From: an uncultured Akkermansia sp.
Lineage (GTDB): Bacteria > Verrucomicrobiota > Verrucomicrobiia > Verrucomicrobiales > Akkermansiaceae
Length of the DNA stretch: 64,000 nucleotides
Assembly: GCA_947589345.1 (NCBI GenBank)
Contig: CANQAC010000001.1
Location: 54,757-118,756, forward strand
Direction of reading: 5' to 3'
The notes beneath the pieces were generated by a model, which worked only from the letters and a program-made list of their open reading frames with translations, searched no databases and was not told the origin of the DNA. Below, piece after piece: positions 39,098 through 48,148 of this stretch (position 1 is the first letter of the stretch; the number at the start of each line of letters is the position of its first letter). A program made the translations under genes and the position numbers.

Positions 39098-39293
39098 GGA
39101 ATTTGAAACAGGTTTATAGATTCACGACTAGATCCTTTTTGTGAGCTCAGCTCACGGGAGCGCACATTATATCCTGATACTCTCTTTTGTAAAGACAAAT
39201 TTTCGCGGTGGAGAAGTTTTTTGTGACAGGACATGCATTCGGATTGCACTATCATGTCCGTGGGGCTATACTTCCCGCAGTGATTTGTACCCC

Positions 39294-40595
39294 ATGAAAA
39301 CTTTACGCTATACACCCATCCCTGCTTCGTTTTATCAAGCCACGCGTGATACGTTGGCCTCCCGTCTTCCCGACCGCTCGCTAGTTGTGGTTCACGCCAA
39401 TGATGTTTATCCGACGAATGCCGATGGTACCATGCAGCACCATCAAAATGCCGATTTGCATTACCTGACCGGCATTGATCAGGAGGAAACTATTCTGATT
39501 ATGCGTGTGGGAGCAAATGGACAGCATGAGGATACTCTGTTGTTGCGTGAAACGAATGAGCGTATTGTCATCTGGGAGGGAGCCCGGCTTACCCGGGAGG
39601 AAGCGAGTGAACTCTCCGGTATCCGGGACGTACGGTGGACCAGTGAATATCAAATGCTTGTTGCTGAAGCTGCGTCTGCTGCTGAGTACGTTTACTGGGA
39701 GCGTGATGTTCACCCGCGGCGTTATACGGATGTGCAGACACGGAACGAACGCATGTTGGCCGCATTTGAGTCAAATTATGCAAAGATGAAGATACGCAGT
39801 CTCTACCCGATTTTGGCTGAGATGCGGCTGAGCAAGGGAGCGCCGGAAATAACTCAGCTCCGTGAGGCTTGTAAAATCACTGGTGAGGGGTTCGCTGCTA
39901 TTCTCCCGAAAATTAAACCTGGCATGGGAGAATTTGAAATGGAAGCCTTACTGAGCGGAGAGTACATTCGCCGCAGCTCCCGTAAATTTTCATTTCTCCC
40001 CATTATCGCCTCTGGTCCGGACACCTGTGTGCTGCACTACATTAGCAATCACAAAAATTGCAAAGATGGCGATCTCATCCTTTTCGACATTGGCGCTGAA
40101 TATGGTGGTTATGCCGGCGATATGAGCCGTACCATTCCTGCAAACGGAAGATTCTCTCCACGCCAAAAAGCTGTGTACGAGGCTGTGTTGGCAGTGCATC
40201 GTTACGCGGCTTCTATCATGCTGCCTGGTGTACGAAAGGCTGGCTATGAGCGCCGCGTGCGAGCGCGCATGGCTCAGGAGCTTGTTAAACTCGGCTTGCT
40301 CTCTCCTGAACAATTACAGGACAAAGGGGGGGATCTTACTTGCGTCCGTAAATATTACATGCACAGCGCTTCTCACTCTCTTGGGCTGGATGTGCATGAC
40401 GTCTGCCCTGAAGATCCGGTTTTTGCGGTGGGACAAGTGTGGACGATTGAACCAGGCATCTACATTCCTGAGGAAAATCTGGGAGTGCGTATTGAGACGG
40501 ATGTGCTCATTCACCCCAGTGGTGTGGAGGATCTCATTCCTGGAGCCCCATTGGAGGTAGCAGACATTGAGCGCCTCATGCGCGCCGGTGCTTAA
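39294..40595 (+). CDS. pepP: Xaa-Pro aminopeptidase (M24B)
   Basis: AMP_N domain (FHQNAD-like QNADLHYLTG), DIGAEYGGYAGDMSRT, HSASHSLGLDVHD, TIEPGIY, VRIETD. Confidence 0.92.
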   Translation: MKTLRYTPIPASFYQATRDTLASRLPDRSLVVVHANDVYPTNADGTMQHHQNADLHYLTGIDQEETILIMRVGANGQHEDTLLLRETNERIVIWEGARLTREEASELSGIRDVRWTSEYQMLVAEAASAAEYVYWERDVHPRRYTDVQTRNERMLAAFESNYAKMKIRSLYPILAEMRLSKGAPEITQLREACKITGEGFAAILPKIKPGMGEFEMEALLSGEYIRRSSRKFSFLPIIASGPDTCVLHYISNHKNCKDGDLILFDIGAEYGGYAGDMSRTIPANGRFSPRQKAVYEAVLAVHRYAASIMLPGVRKAGYERRVRARMAQELVKLGLLSPEQLQDKGGDLTCVRKYYMHSASHSLGLDVHDVCPEDPVFAVGQVWTIEPGIYIPEENLGVRIETDVLIHPSGVEDLIPGAPLEVADIERLMRAGA

Positions 40596-40921
40596 AATAC
40601 CTGTTTTTTGCCTCCGTCGACCCTCCCTCCTGTGCGTCGGCCGGGGGCTGCCTTGAGGCAGTCGCATGGGCAGGCTGTCCTGCTCCTTTTTCTGGCCTGT
40701 TCTTGTGGAGTACGTGTGGCAACTCTCCGTGTGGAGAGTCCTGCGTAAGTCTTATTTCGCCGAATCTTGCGATGAATGGTAGAACGGTGTCGATCAAGCG
40801 TCGGCTTATCGCACAACGGGGAAACACCAGAGAAATTGGCAAGCGCAGTTGCTGACGCCCACATTTCTCGGAATACTTGTCTTTTTGAATCACGTCGGGA
40901 GAATTGCGGAGGGGGGGGCAT
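40592..40921 (-). pseudogene. Possible IS30-family transposase N-terminal HTH remnant
   Basis: LDRHRSTIHRKIRRN resembles the IS30 HTH motif (LGRxxSTIxRExxRN); no DDE domain and no terminal IRs found. Confidence 0.3.
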
Positions 40922-41025
40922 GGTAGAATTGTGTCTGCCTTGTGTTCATTGGAATTTTTTCGTGTTTTTATCCGTCGCGTGCAGCTGTGCATTCCGCTTT
41001 TGCTTTGGTTTTGACGAACGGTGCA

Positions 41026-41054
41026 TTGACAGAGCTGTAGCAAGGTGCTAAGAT
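41026..41054 (+). promoter_or_regulatory. sigma70 promoter, leaderless geometry
   Basis: TTGACA-N17-TAAGAT-N6-ATG(41061). Confidence 0.8.
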
Positions 41055-41060
41055 AGACGC

Positions 41061-41519
41061 ATGAGTACGATCGTGAACGAGGAGCAACTTGCCGCCGTGA
41101 AAAAATGGGTGGCAGAAGGTGTAGATCTCAATGGTATTCAGAAGAAACTGCAGAGCGAGTATGGCCTACACCTCACTTACATGGATGTACGCTTCCTGCT
41201 TCTTGACCATGGAATAGAGCTTGCAAGCGAAAAGCCTTCCCCTGACGTTGCTGCGAATGACCCGCAAAGTGAATCCAAAGAACACCTTTCAGAGGGAGGA
41301 GAGGGCAATGTGTCAGGGACGGTGCGAGTGGAGTTAGATGACTTGCAATTGCCCGGCACTTTGATCTCTGGCAAGGCTCATTTCCCGGGTGGGGCTGAGG
41401 GCGCTTGGCAAATCGACCAGCTTGGGCGCTTTGGATGGAGCAAGTTAAACGGAACCCCTTCTCCGGAGGAAATGAAGAGCTTCGAACAGGAACTCACGGC
41501 TATGCTGCGCCGCTCGTAG
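41061..41519 (+). CDS. Conserved hypothetical protein
   Basis: 152-aa ORF with its own consensus promoter. Confidence 0.75.
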   Translation: MSTIVNEEQLAAVKKWVAEGVDLNGIQKKLQSEYGLHLTYMDVRFLLLDHGIELASEKPSPDVAANDPQSESKEHLSEGGEGNVSGTVRVELDDLQLPGTLISGKAHFPGGAEGAWQIDQLGRFGWSKLNGTPSPEEMKSFEQELTAMLRRS

Positions 41520-41524
41520 AACCG

Positions 41525-41971
41525 TTAATTGCTTGGTACGAGCGGCAGATTTGAAAGGGGATAATCGGGCACGCAGGTGAGCTGAACACCGTACAGATCT
41601 GCAATAGCACGCGCCTCCGATTTTTGGTAATCTTCGCCGTAGTAGATAATTTTCACCCCATGTGCGCACAGGGCCTGCATACAAGAGGTGCAGGGCATTG
41701 TGGTGCATGCTACGATTTTCGCCTCTCCCCGCTTAAAAAGGCTGCACAAGTTGGTTTCTGCATGCAGCATGAACTTTTGGCGCTCGTCGCGAGAGTTCCA
41801 AAAACCGGGAGGAGCCGTAAAACCGGGGTAAAGTCCATTGTAGGCGGTACCGATAACACGATTGTCGGCATCGAGAGCCGCTGCTCCCACTTTGCGGTAA
41901 GGATCTTCGGAGCGCAGGGCCGCCACGTGCGCCAGTGCCATCACATATTCCGGGATTGAAAGACGAGCCAT
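41525..41971 (-). CDS. dCMP deaminase family protein
   Basis: RSEDPYRKVGA, HAETN, PCTSC zinc motif. Confidence 0.9.
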   Translation of the reverse strand: MARLSIPEYVMALAHVAALRSEDPYRKVGAAALDADNRVIGTAYNGLYPGFTAPPGFWNSRDERQKFMLHAETNLCSLFKRGEAKIVACTTMPCTSCMQALCAHGVKIIYYGEDYQKSEARAIADLYGVQLTCVPDYPLSNLPLVPSN

Positions 41972-41984
41972 GGACAGATTTGTG

Positions 41985-43274
41985 TTAATCGATCGGGAGT
42001 ATTTCGTCCTCTACTAATTGTTCAAGCGTTTGCCGACGCCGGATGAGGGTGACCTTGTCACCATCCACCATGACCTCAGCCGCCAAGGGGCGTGAGTTGT
42101 ATGTGGAGGACATACTAAAGCCGTACGCCCCCGCGCTCATTTCGGCCAGGAGCTCGCCGGGCTTTACATCCGGAATGCTGCGGTTTTGAGCTTGGAAATC
42201 ACCGGACTCACAGATGGGGCCCACTATATCCGCTACCACTAAATCATCCCTGTGCTGGCGGACCGGCCAGATTTCGTGGTAACCCTCGTAGAGTGCGGGG
42301 CGGATGATATCATTCATGCCCGCATCGATCATCTTGAAAAGCTTGCTTTCACCTTTTTTCTCGTAAACACAGCGGGTGAGCATGACGGCCGCATTGCCGA
42401 CAAGGCGGCGACCGGGTTCGAGCAGAATGCGCAGTCCGAGGGGCTTCAGCAAGGGGATGAGAGCCTGAGCGTACGATTGGATCGTGATCTGCTGCGGGTG
42501 TTCATCCCACCATTTTTTTTCACCGGAGGCCAGGCACCCATCGTAAATGATACCGATGCCGCCGCCGATGCTCCAGAACTCAATGCCATAGGTTTCCTTG
42601 AGACGGGCAGCGATAGGCGCTATTTTTTCGACGGCCATGACGAAGGGGGTCACATCCGTGAGCTGAGAGCCGATATGCATCTGAATGCCTCGAATACGCA
42701 GATGGTGCATTTGCGCGGCAATCTCAGCGTAGAGGGATTCAATGCGCGAGATGTCCACGCCAAATTTATTCTCATTCGTCCCGGTGGTGATGTATTTATG
42801 CGTGTGTGCATCGACGTTGGGGTTCACGCGCACGGCCACAGGAGCTACAGTGCCTATTTCGGCAGCGATGCGGTCGATCTCGCGCAACTCATTCTCACTT
42901 TCACAGATGAAGCAATAGATGCCCGAAGAGAGGGCGTAGCGGATCTCAGGCTCAGTCTTGGCAACTCCCGCATATGTGCACAATGCCGGGTTGCCCCCCG
43001 CGCGGATGACACGCCAAAGTTCTCCGCCGGACACGATATCAAAACCACAACCGCGTTGCGCCATGAGTCGCAGAATGGCGCCGTTGGAGCAGGCTTTGAC
43101 GGCGTACGCAATGTGTACGTCCACACCTTCAAAAGCATGTTGGAACTCATCCAGATCATTCAGAATAGTATTTCGGCTGTATACAAACGTGGGGGTGCCG
43201 TATTGATCGGCAATTTGGTTCAGCGCCACTCTTTCGCAGTGAAGCGTTCCATTTTTATATGAGAATTGGTGCAT
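41985..43274 (-). CDS. lysA: Diaminopimelate decarboxylase
   Basis: YAVKACSN (PLP Lys), VRVNPNVDAHTHKYITTG..ENKFG, HIGSQ, EPGR, GPICESGD, GAYG. Confidence 0.96.
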   Translation of the reverse strand: MHQFSYKNGTLHCERVALNQIADQYGTPTFVYSRNTILNDLDEFQHAFEGVDVHIAYAVKACSNGAILRLMAQRGCGFDIVSGGELWRVIRAGGNPALCTYAGVAKTEPEIRYALSSGIYCFICESENELREIDRIAAEIGTVAPVAVRVNPNVDAHTHKYITTGTNENKFGVDISRIESLYAEIAAQMHHLRIRGIQMHIGSQLTDVTPFVMAVEKIAPIAARLKETYGIEFWSIGGGIGIIYDGCLASGEKKWWDEHPQQITIQSYAQALIPLLKPLGLRILLEPGRRLVGNAAVMLTRCVYEKKGESKLFKMIDAGMNDIIRPALYEGYHEIWPVRQHRDDLVVADIVGPICESGDFQAQNRSIPDVKPGELLAEMSAGAYGFSMSSTYNSRPLAAEVMVDGDKVTLIRRRQTLEQLVEDEILPID

Positions 43275-43307
43275 AAGGTTGTTCGGTCGTTTCAGTATAA
43301 TCACTTA

Positions 43308-44444
43308 TCAGAGTTCATCCTGCGTAGTCGCTTCTGTCTTGGATTCCGTGTTTGGGGCATCATCAATAATAGCTGCTACCCAGTGCAAATCCACAGAGTT
43401 TTCCAGCGCCAGCTTCAAGAACATGGTAAAGGGAACGGCAAGCAGCATCCCTATCGGCCCCCATACCCATCCCCACACGATCACTGACACAAGTACCATG
43501 GATGTAGCTATTCCAAATTGTTTGCCCAGAAAGAGGGGCTCAATTCCGTTGCCGATGGCAAAGTTGATGGCCAAGTATCCGCCCGCTACAATAAACATAC
43601 TTCCCCAGTCTTGCATCACCAGCGTCAGTAGTATGGGCGGTATGGCCGCAACAATAGAACCTATGGTCGGAATGAAGTTAAGCGTGCAGGCCACAAACCC
43701 CCACATGAAAGCAAACGGTACCTTCATTATGTGACAGAGAAACCACGCCAGCAAGCCTGTAACTACGCTTGCGAGTATCTTTATAATCAGGTATTTTTGC
43801 ACGCCCTGCAATGCCGTGATCACCTTCAACTTTCCCTGTAAACTATTGGGAAGATTATTCAAATTCCGTCGGAAAAGAGGGGCCTCCCCCAGCAAAAATG
43901 TCATCAATATAAGTACAAGTACCGTCAACGATATAATGGAGAGCACTTGTCCGGTAAGCGATTGTGAAAACTCAATTATCTGCTGACTGTGACTGTTAAT
44001 GAGATTCATTGGCGAGTCGAATAGTTCGCGCAACTGTTCACCGAAGAAAAATTGATCTGACCACTTTAGTAACTGGTCCACGCGGTGTTCCAGATGGGGC
44101 ATAAAGTCTCCTTGCAGGGTGGCCTTCATGTCAGCTGCTAAAAACTTGGTCAGCATGGTCAGTCCGTACAGTACCGCTATATCCGCTACCACGGTACATG
44201 TGACTGCCAACCAGTGCGGAAATCGTATCCTCGTACGTAGCAGTGCTGTGAGCGGGTAACTCACGATTGCGAGAAAAGCCGCCAGCACGATAGGCACCGT
44301 CACGTCACGTGTGTACTTCAAACCAAAAAGCACAATAAAGGCTGCAGCCGCTGCGATCAGAGCGCGAGTCCCTTCTCCCATAGCTTTCTGTTCCTGCTGC
44401 TTTGCCTCCCTCATCGGGGGAATATTTTGCCCAGCGCTTCTCAT
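43308..44444 (-). CDS. AI-2E family transporter
   Basis: Multi-TM protein with LNFIPTIGS, GNGIEP.FLG, WGWVWGPIGMLLAVP; start set from TTGAAA-N17-TAGAAT-N7-ATG(44444). Confidence 0.9.
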   Translation of the reverse strand: MRSAGQNIPPMREAKQQEQKAMGEGTRALIAAAAAFIVLFGLKYTRDVTVPIVLAAFLAIVSYPLTALLRTRIRFPHWLAVTCTVVADIAVLYGLTMLTKFLAADMKATLQGDFMPHLEHRVDQLLKWSDQFFFGEQLRELFDSPMNLINSHSQQIIEFSQSLTGQVLSIISLTVLVLILMTFLLGEAPLFRRNLNNLPNSLQGKLKVITALQGVQKYLIIKILASVVTGLLAWFLCHIMKVPFAFMWGFVACTLNFIPTIGSIVAAIPPILLTLVMQDWGSMFIVAGGYLAINFAIGNGIEPLFLGKQFGIATSMVLVSVIVWGWVWGPIGMLLAVPFTMFLKLALENSVDLHWVAAIIDDAPNTESKTEATTQDEL

Positions 44445-44597
44445 CCCGGCTATTCTATATCTCCGAGCCTCACATTTCAAGGGAGAAACGTTGCATCCGA
44501 ACATTTTTCTCGTGCAACGCCGCTCAGTGAGTGCATCTGAGCTTGACAGGTAGGGGTGTCGGTCGGTATAATGAGCGCAGACTTTTCTGAGTCCTCT

Positions 44598-45869
44598 ATG
44601 GCTATCAGGTTTCGCATAGCAGACACTGCCCGTGGCAACATGGAGTCGCTACGCTATCGCACGCGGCGGCGCGCGATTATTCTCATGGTAGTCATCTTGT
44701 CGGTCTTGCTGGGAGGGTTGGCAGTTACGAAGATTCTCATAGCTTCGCCTCCCTCGCCGGAGTTCATCGTTTACCAAGGAGAGAGTCAGGAGGATGTGGT
44801 CAAGGAGGTGCCCAAGGTACGCGATATATCCGGAGGTAAACCACCGACCGCACCGCCGGTGGCCATTATTGCAAGCAACACACCCATCGCGCAGCCGACT
44901 TTTACCGTGGATGTCCCCATGGACGATACTCCGACCATGAGTAATACGGGCTTCGGAGACGTGGGGGGCGGATTGGGGGATGGACTTGGTGAGGGATCCG
45001 GGCGTGGAGGTATGGGTGGTAAGAAAATGGATTCGGCCTTTAGCGGGTATTTTTGGGATCTCAAACGCAGCGTAGATGGTAAAGCATCGGCCTTTGCAAG
45101 TGAGATCAGCAACGAACAGGTTCTGGAGTTTGAGAGCAATTTTTATAACAAGAATTGGGACCCCGGTATGTTGGTGATGTACATGCGTTCCAAGATGCAA
45201 CTTTACAGCACATGTTTCTTTATGCCGAATTGCAAGGATCAAGAAGCCGTGCATGCCTATGATCCCACCGGTAAGCAGGGACTCAAAAAGAGTCGGTGGC
45301 TCGTGCTTTATCGTGCCAAAGTGAAGGCACCGGCGTCTGGGACATTCCGATTTGTCGGGGCTGCGGATACTGTAATGGCTGTGCGTTTTAACGGACGAAA
45401 CGTACTGGCGTGCGGCTTGCACAATTTGCGTAACGCCAAATGGCACGAATGGCTTGATTATCCTGATGAGAAAAAGAAGCGCACTCTTGTTGAATACCAA
45501 GGTACCGAGATATGGAACCAAGGTATGGGAGGTTTTGAGGTAGGAGACCCGGTCACCGTGGAGAAAGGGGAGTGGTATGAGATGCAGGTGATGATATCAG
45601 AGATTGGTGGTGGGGAGTTCGGTTTCTGTTTGCTTATTGACGAGGATGGCGGTGAGAAGAAGACGACGAAAGATGGGAAGCCTTTGTTCCAACTCTTCCG
45701 CACCGCTTTTTCTTCTCCCACGGTCGAGAGCGCGTATGAGGCTATACCTGCGGAAAACAAATCCAGCGATGGCGAGGGTGAGGTGACTCTCCTTCGGGAT
45801 ATCCCCTATGACCCTGATAGTCGTGTTTGGGAAGCCAAGGCCGTGGATATTTCTGTGAAGATGAAATAA
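44598..45869 (+). CDS. Membrane-anchored protein: TM helix, Pro/Gly-rich linker, PA14-like C-terminal domain
   Basis: APASGTFRFVGAADTVMAVRFNG and GEWYEMQVMISE resemble PA14; promoter TTGACA-N18-TATAAT at 44543-44572; exact start uncertain. Confidence 0.65.
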   Translation: MAIRFRIADTARGNMESLRYRTRRRAIILMVVILSVLLGGLAVTKILIASPPSPEFIVYQGESQEDVVKEVPKVRDISGGKPPTAPPVAIIASNTPIAQPTFTVDVPMDDTPTMSNTGFGDVGGGLGDGLGEGSGRGGMGGKKMDSAFSGYFWDLKRSVDGKASAFASEISNEQVLEFESNFYNKNWDPGMLVMYMRSKMQLYSTCFFMPNCKDQEAVHAYDPTGKQGLKKSRWLVLYRAKVKAPASGTFRFVGAADTVMAVRFNGRNVLACGLHNLRNAKWHEWLDYPDEKKKRTLVEYQGTEIWNQGMGGFEVGDPVTVEKGEWYEMQVMISEIGGGEFGFCLLIDEDGGEKKTTKDGKPLFQLFRTAFSSPTVESAYEAIPAENKSSDGEGEVTLLRDIPYDPDSRVWEAKAVDISVKMK

Positions 45870-45981
45870 GAGTGCCTGCCGGACCTCGTGAAATAACTTT
45901 GCAAAACAAGTTGTTTGGTGTTGGCAAACCGTTTGAATTATGGTAGCATAATCTCAGGATCTTTAACTCTTCCTTATTATT

Positions 45982-46125
45982 ATGATTGCTATCATCAAGC
46001 GTATGTTGTTGATAATGGCTGTTTTGTGTAGTCTTTTTTGCATGAACGGTTGCGCGTCAGCCGAAAGTTTCTTGCGCTACCTGTTCAGCGTACCTGGGAA
46101 CGTGTTTAACGCTGTGGCACCATAA
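45982..46125 (+). CDS. 47-aa small lipoprotein (not in the ORF track)
   Basis: MIAIIKRMLLIMAVLCSLFCMNGCASAESFLRYLFSVPGNVFNAVAP; signal peptide with MNGC lipobox-like motif. Confidence 0.6.
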   Translation: MIAIIKRMLLIMAVLCSLFCMNGCASAESFLRYLFSVPGNVFNAVAP

Positions 46126-46132
46126 GACAATC

Positions 46133-46525
46133 ATGAGAGACATTAAAAAGTACATTGCGATCCCGGTGGTGATGTTGGTGGTGTCCTGCCAGCAAGGCCC
46201 CCCTCCGGGCGGGAGCGTTGGAGTTCGCACCTATTCAGATGCTGTGGTACACATTGGACAGGTAGATCCCGCCTATCAGGCTTATTTCCAAGAGCAAAAC
46301 GCTGCTAATTATTCCCTGAGCGACCAAAGGCGCGCTTACATCGCCGCTGCGCAAACTGCTCGAACGCCGGTGCGCGCATCGGATTACCATCCGGGAGATG
46401 TGCGCCGAGTGGCGTCGCGTGGTAAAAAACGTTCCACCGGCAGGGCGCGTGTGGTACGTAAAAAGGCGAGCAACGCGAGACGACAAGCCCTGGCTGTACG
46501 CAGGCGTACAGGTCGAAGACATTAA
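46133..46525 (+). CDS. Putative lipoprotein with Arg/Lys-rich C-terminal tail
   Basis: LVVSC lipobox; strongly basic C-terminus. Confidence 0.65.
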   Translation: MRDIKKYIAIPVVMLVVSCQQGPPPGGSVGVRTYSDAVVHIGQVDPAYQAYFQEQNAANYSLSDQRRAYIAAAQTARTPVRASDYHPGDVRRVASRGKKRSTGRARVVRKKASNARRQALAVRRRTGRRH

Positions 46526-46539
46526 CCCCCACTATCACC

Positions 46540-47214
46540 ATGAACGATGACTCCGCAGTGCAGCGAATAGACGCCGCAGAGCAGGCGAGCGGAGAGTTGA
46601 CTCTCCCGGCGCGTGCGGAGACGAATCGTACGGAAGTGCAGGGATTGCCGAGGAATTTGTTGAGTACGCTGTGGGGAACAGGGTTGATGTTGCTGGCGTT
46701 GGGGATTTTATATGAATTGTACGCATGGGGCGGCGATGAGAGGGCCATGTGGGTAGGCGTATCGCTGATGGTTTTGGTACCCGTGTTGGTGGTTGTGGCA
46801 CACGTGCTACGAGTGCGTCAGTCGGGTAAGCCGGTTGCGTCGCTGTGTTTTTTTGTGCAGTTGTTGCTGGATACGCTTGTACTGCCATTTTTGTTCTACA
46901 TCCCGGCGTTGTGGATTCGGCTGTTGGGACCATTTATGGTGTTCGCGTACGGATTGAGTTTGATGTGGTACGGAGCCTATTACGATACGGTGATGTGCTT
47001 GCTTGCGGCGTGTGTGCTTGTATTGGCTGCGGTGGTGAGTTTACCCTTTTGCTACGGGTTGGCGCCGGCACTGGGGGGTGTAGTGATTTTTTCGGGTGGC
47101 TTGGTCATTATAATTTTTGCCTATCGGCTCAAGAAAACGCGCGAGAAGCGCATTGCGGCGTACGAACAAGCCCGGACCCGTCAGCAATTCAACCGAGAGC
47201 AGGGGGAGGGTTGA
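46540..47214 (+). CDS. Integral membrane protein (~6 TM), unknown function
   Basis: Six hydrophobic segments. Confidence 0.7.
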   Translation: MNDDSAVQRIDAAEQASGELTLPARAETNRTEVQGLPRNLLSTLWGTGLMLLALGILYELYAWGGDERAMWVGVSLMVLVPVLVVVAHVLRVRQSGKPVASLCFFVQLLLDTLVLPFLFYIPALWIRLLGPFMVFAYGLSLMWYGAYYDTVMCLLAACVLVLAAVVSLPFCYGLAPALGGVVIFSGGLVIIIFAYRLKKTREKRIAAYEQARTRQQFNREQGEG

Positions 47215-48148
47215 GCCCGTTCTCTTCTGCGTAGAGCAACAACCGTTTTTTGAGTTCAAAGCGGTTGAGACGAATCAGCCCTTCTGCTCCGAATTGCTCA
47301 CAAGTACATGCAGCGATGGCGCTGCCGCATACCATGGCGTGGCACATGTCTTCCCACTCCACTGCCTTACCGCGGATGACGATGTTTAAGTAGCCGGACA
47401 AAGCGCCTAGGTAGCTGTCACCTGCACCCGTGGGATCTGCGGTATGCTCAAGACGCATGGGCGGGCAGTGAAAGCAGCGCACGGCGTGATGGTCGTCACG
47501 GTGGTACATTGTGGATCCTGCACTGCCATGTTTCACAATGGCATAATGCGGACCGGCTTGTAAGAGAGCATATCCAGCAGCGCTCAGATCCTCTGTTTGT
47601 GCGAACTCACGAGCTTCCTCATCATTCATCAGCGCGACATCTACCATAGATAGCAATTGGCGTGTGTAATTCGGTTCTCGGATGATCCAACTTTTCATGA
47701 AGTCAGCTAAGATCAAGGCATTAGGGTTGCACTGCCGCAGGAAAGCAACTTGCAGAGGAGGAGTTACGTTGGCTGCTACCACCACACCGACGCTTTGGCG
47801 CAACTCGTCTGGCAGGGTCGGTTGCCATTGAGCTTGTACGCCCTCCATCGTGCGCAAGGTAGCTCGTAAATTCATATCTTCTTCGTATTGCCCGGTCCAA
47901 GCAAAAGTTGAGCCGGGAGCATGGATGACATGTTGGAAGTTCACCCCACAACGCTCGAGTCTTGCCTGCCAGTCAGGAGGATAGTCATCACCCACTACCC
48001 CAATCAATTCGTGGGCTGGGCAGATAAGCCGGGCGGCTAGTGCGGCGTAGATGCCTGAACCTCCTGCCACCTTGTCGGCCCTCCCCGATGGAGTAATCAG
48101 AGTGTCGATGGCAATTGTGCCATATAGGATGAGAGGTGCGGGGATCAT
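47189..48148 (-). CDS. PfkB/ribokinase-family carbohydrate kinase
   Basis: GGSGIYAA, IVKHGSAG, DPTGAGDSY. Confidence 0.9.
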   Translation of the reverse strand: MIPAPLILYGTIAIDTLITPSGRADKVAGGSGIYAALAARLICPAHELIGVVGDDYPPDWQARLERCGVNFQHVIHAPGSTFAWTGQYEEDMNLRATLRTMEGVQAQWQPTLPDELRQSVGVVVAANVTPPLQVAFLRQCNPNALILADFMKSWIIREPNYTRQLLSMVDVALMNDEEAREFAQTEDLSAAGYALLQAGPHYAIVKHGSAGSTMYHRDDHHAVRCFHCPPMRLEHTADPTGAGDSYLGALSGYLNIVIRGKAVEWEDMCHAMVCGSAIAACTCEQFGAEGLIRLNRFELKKRLLLYAEENGLNPPPALG

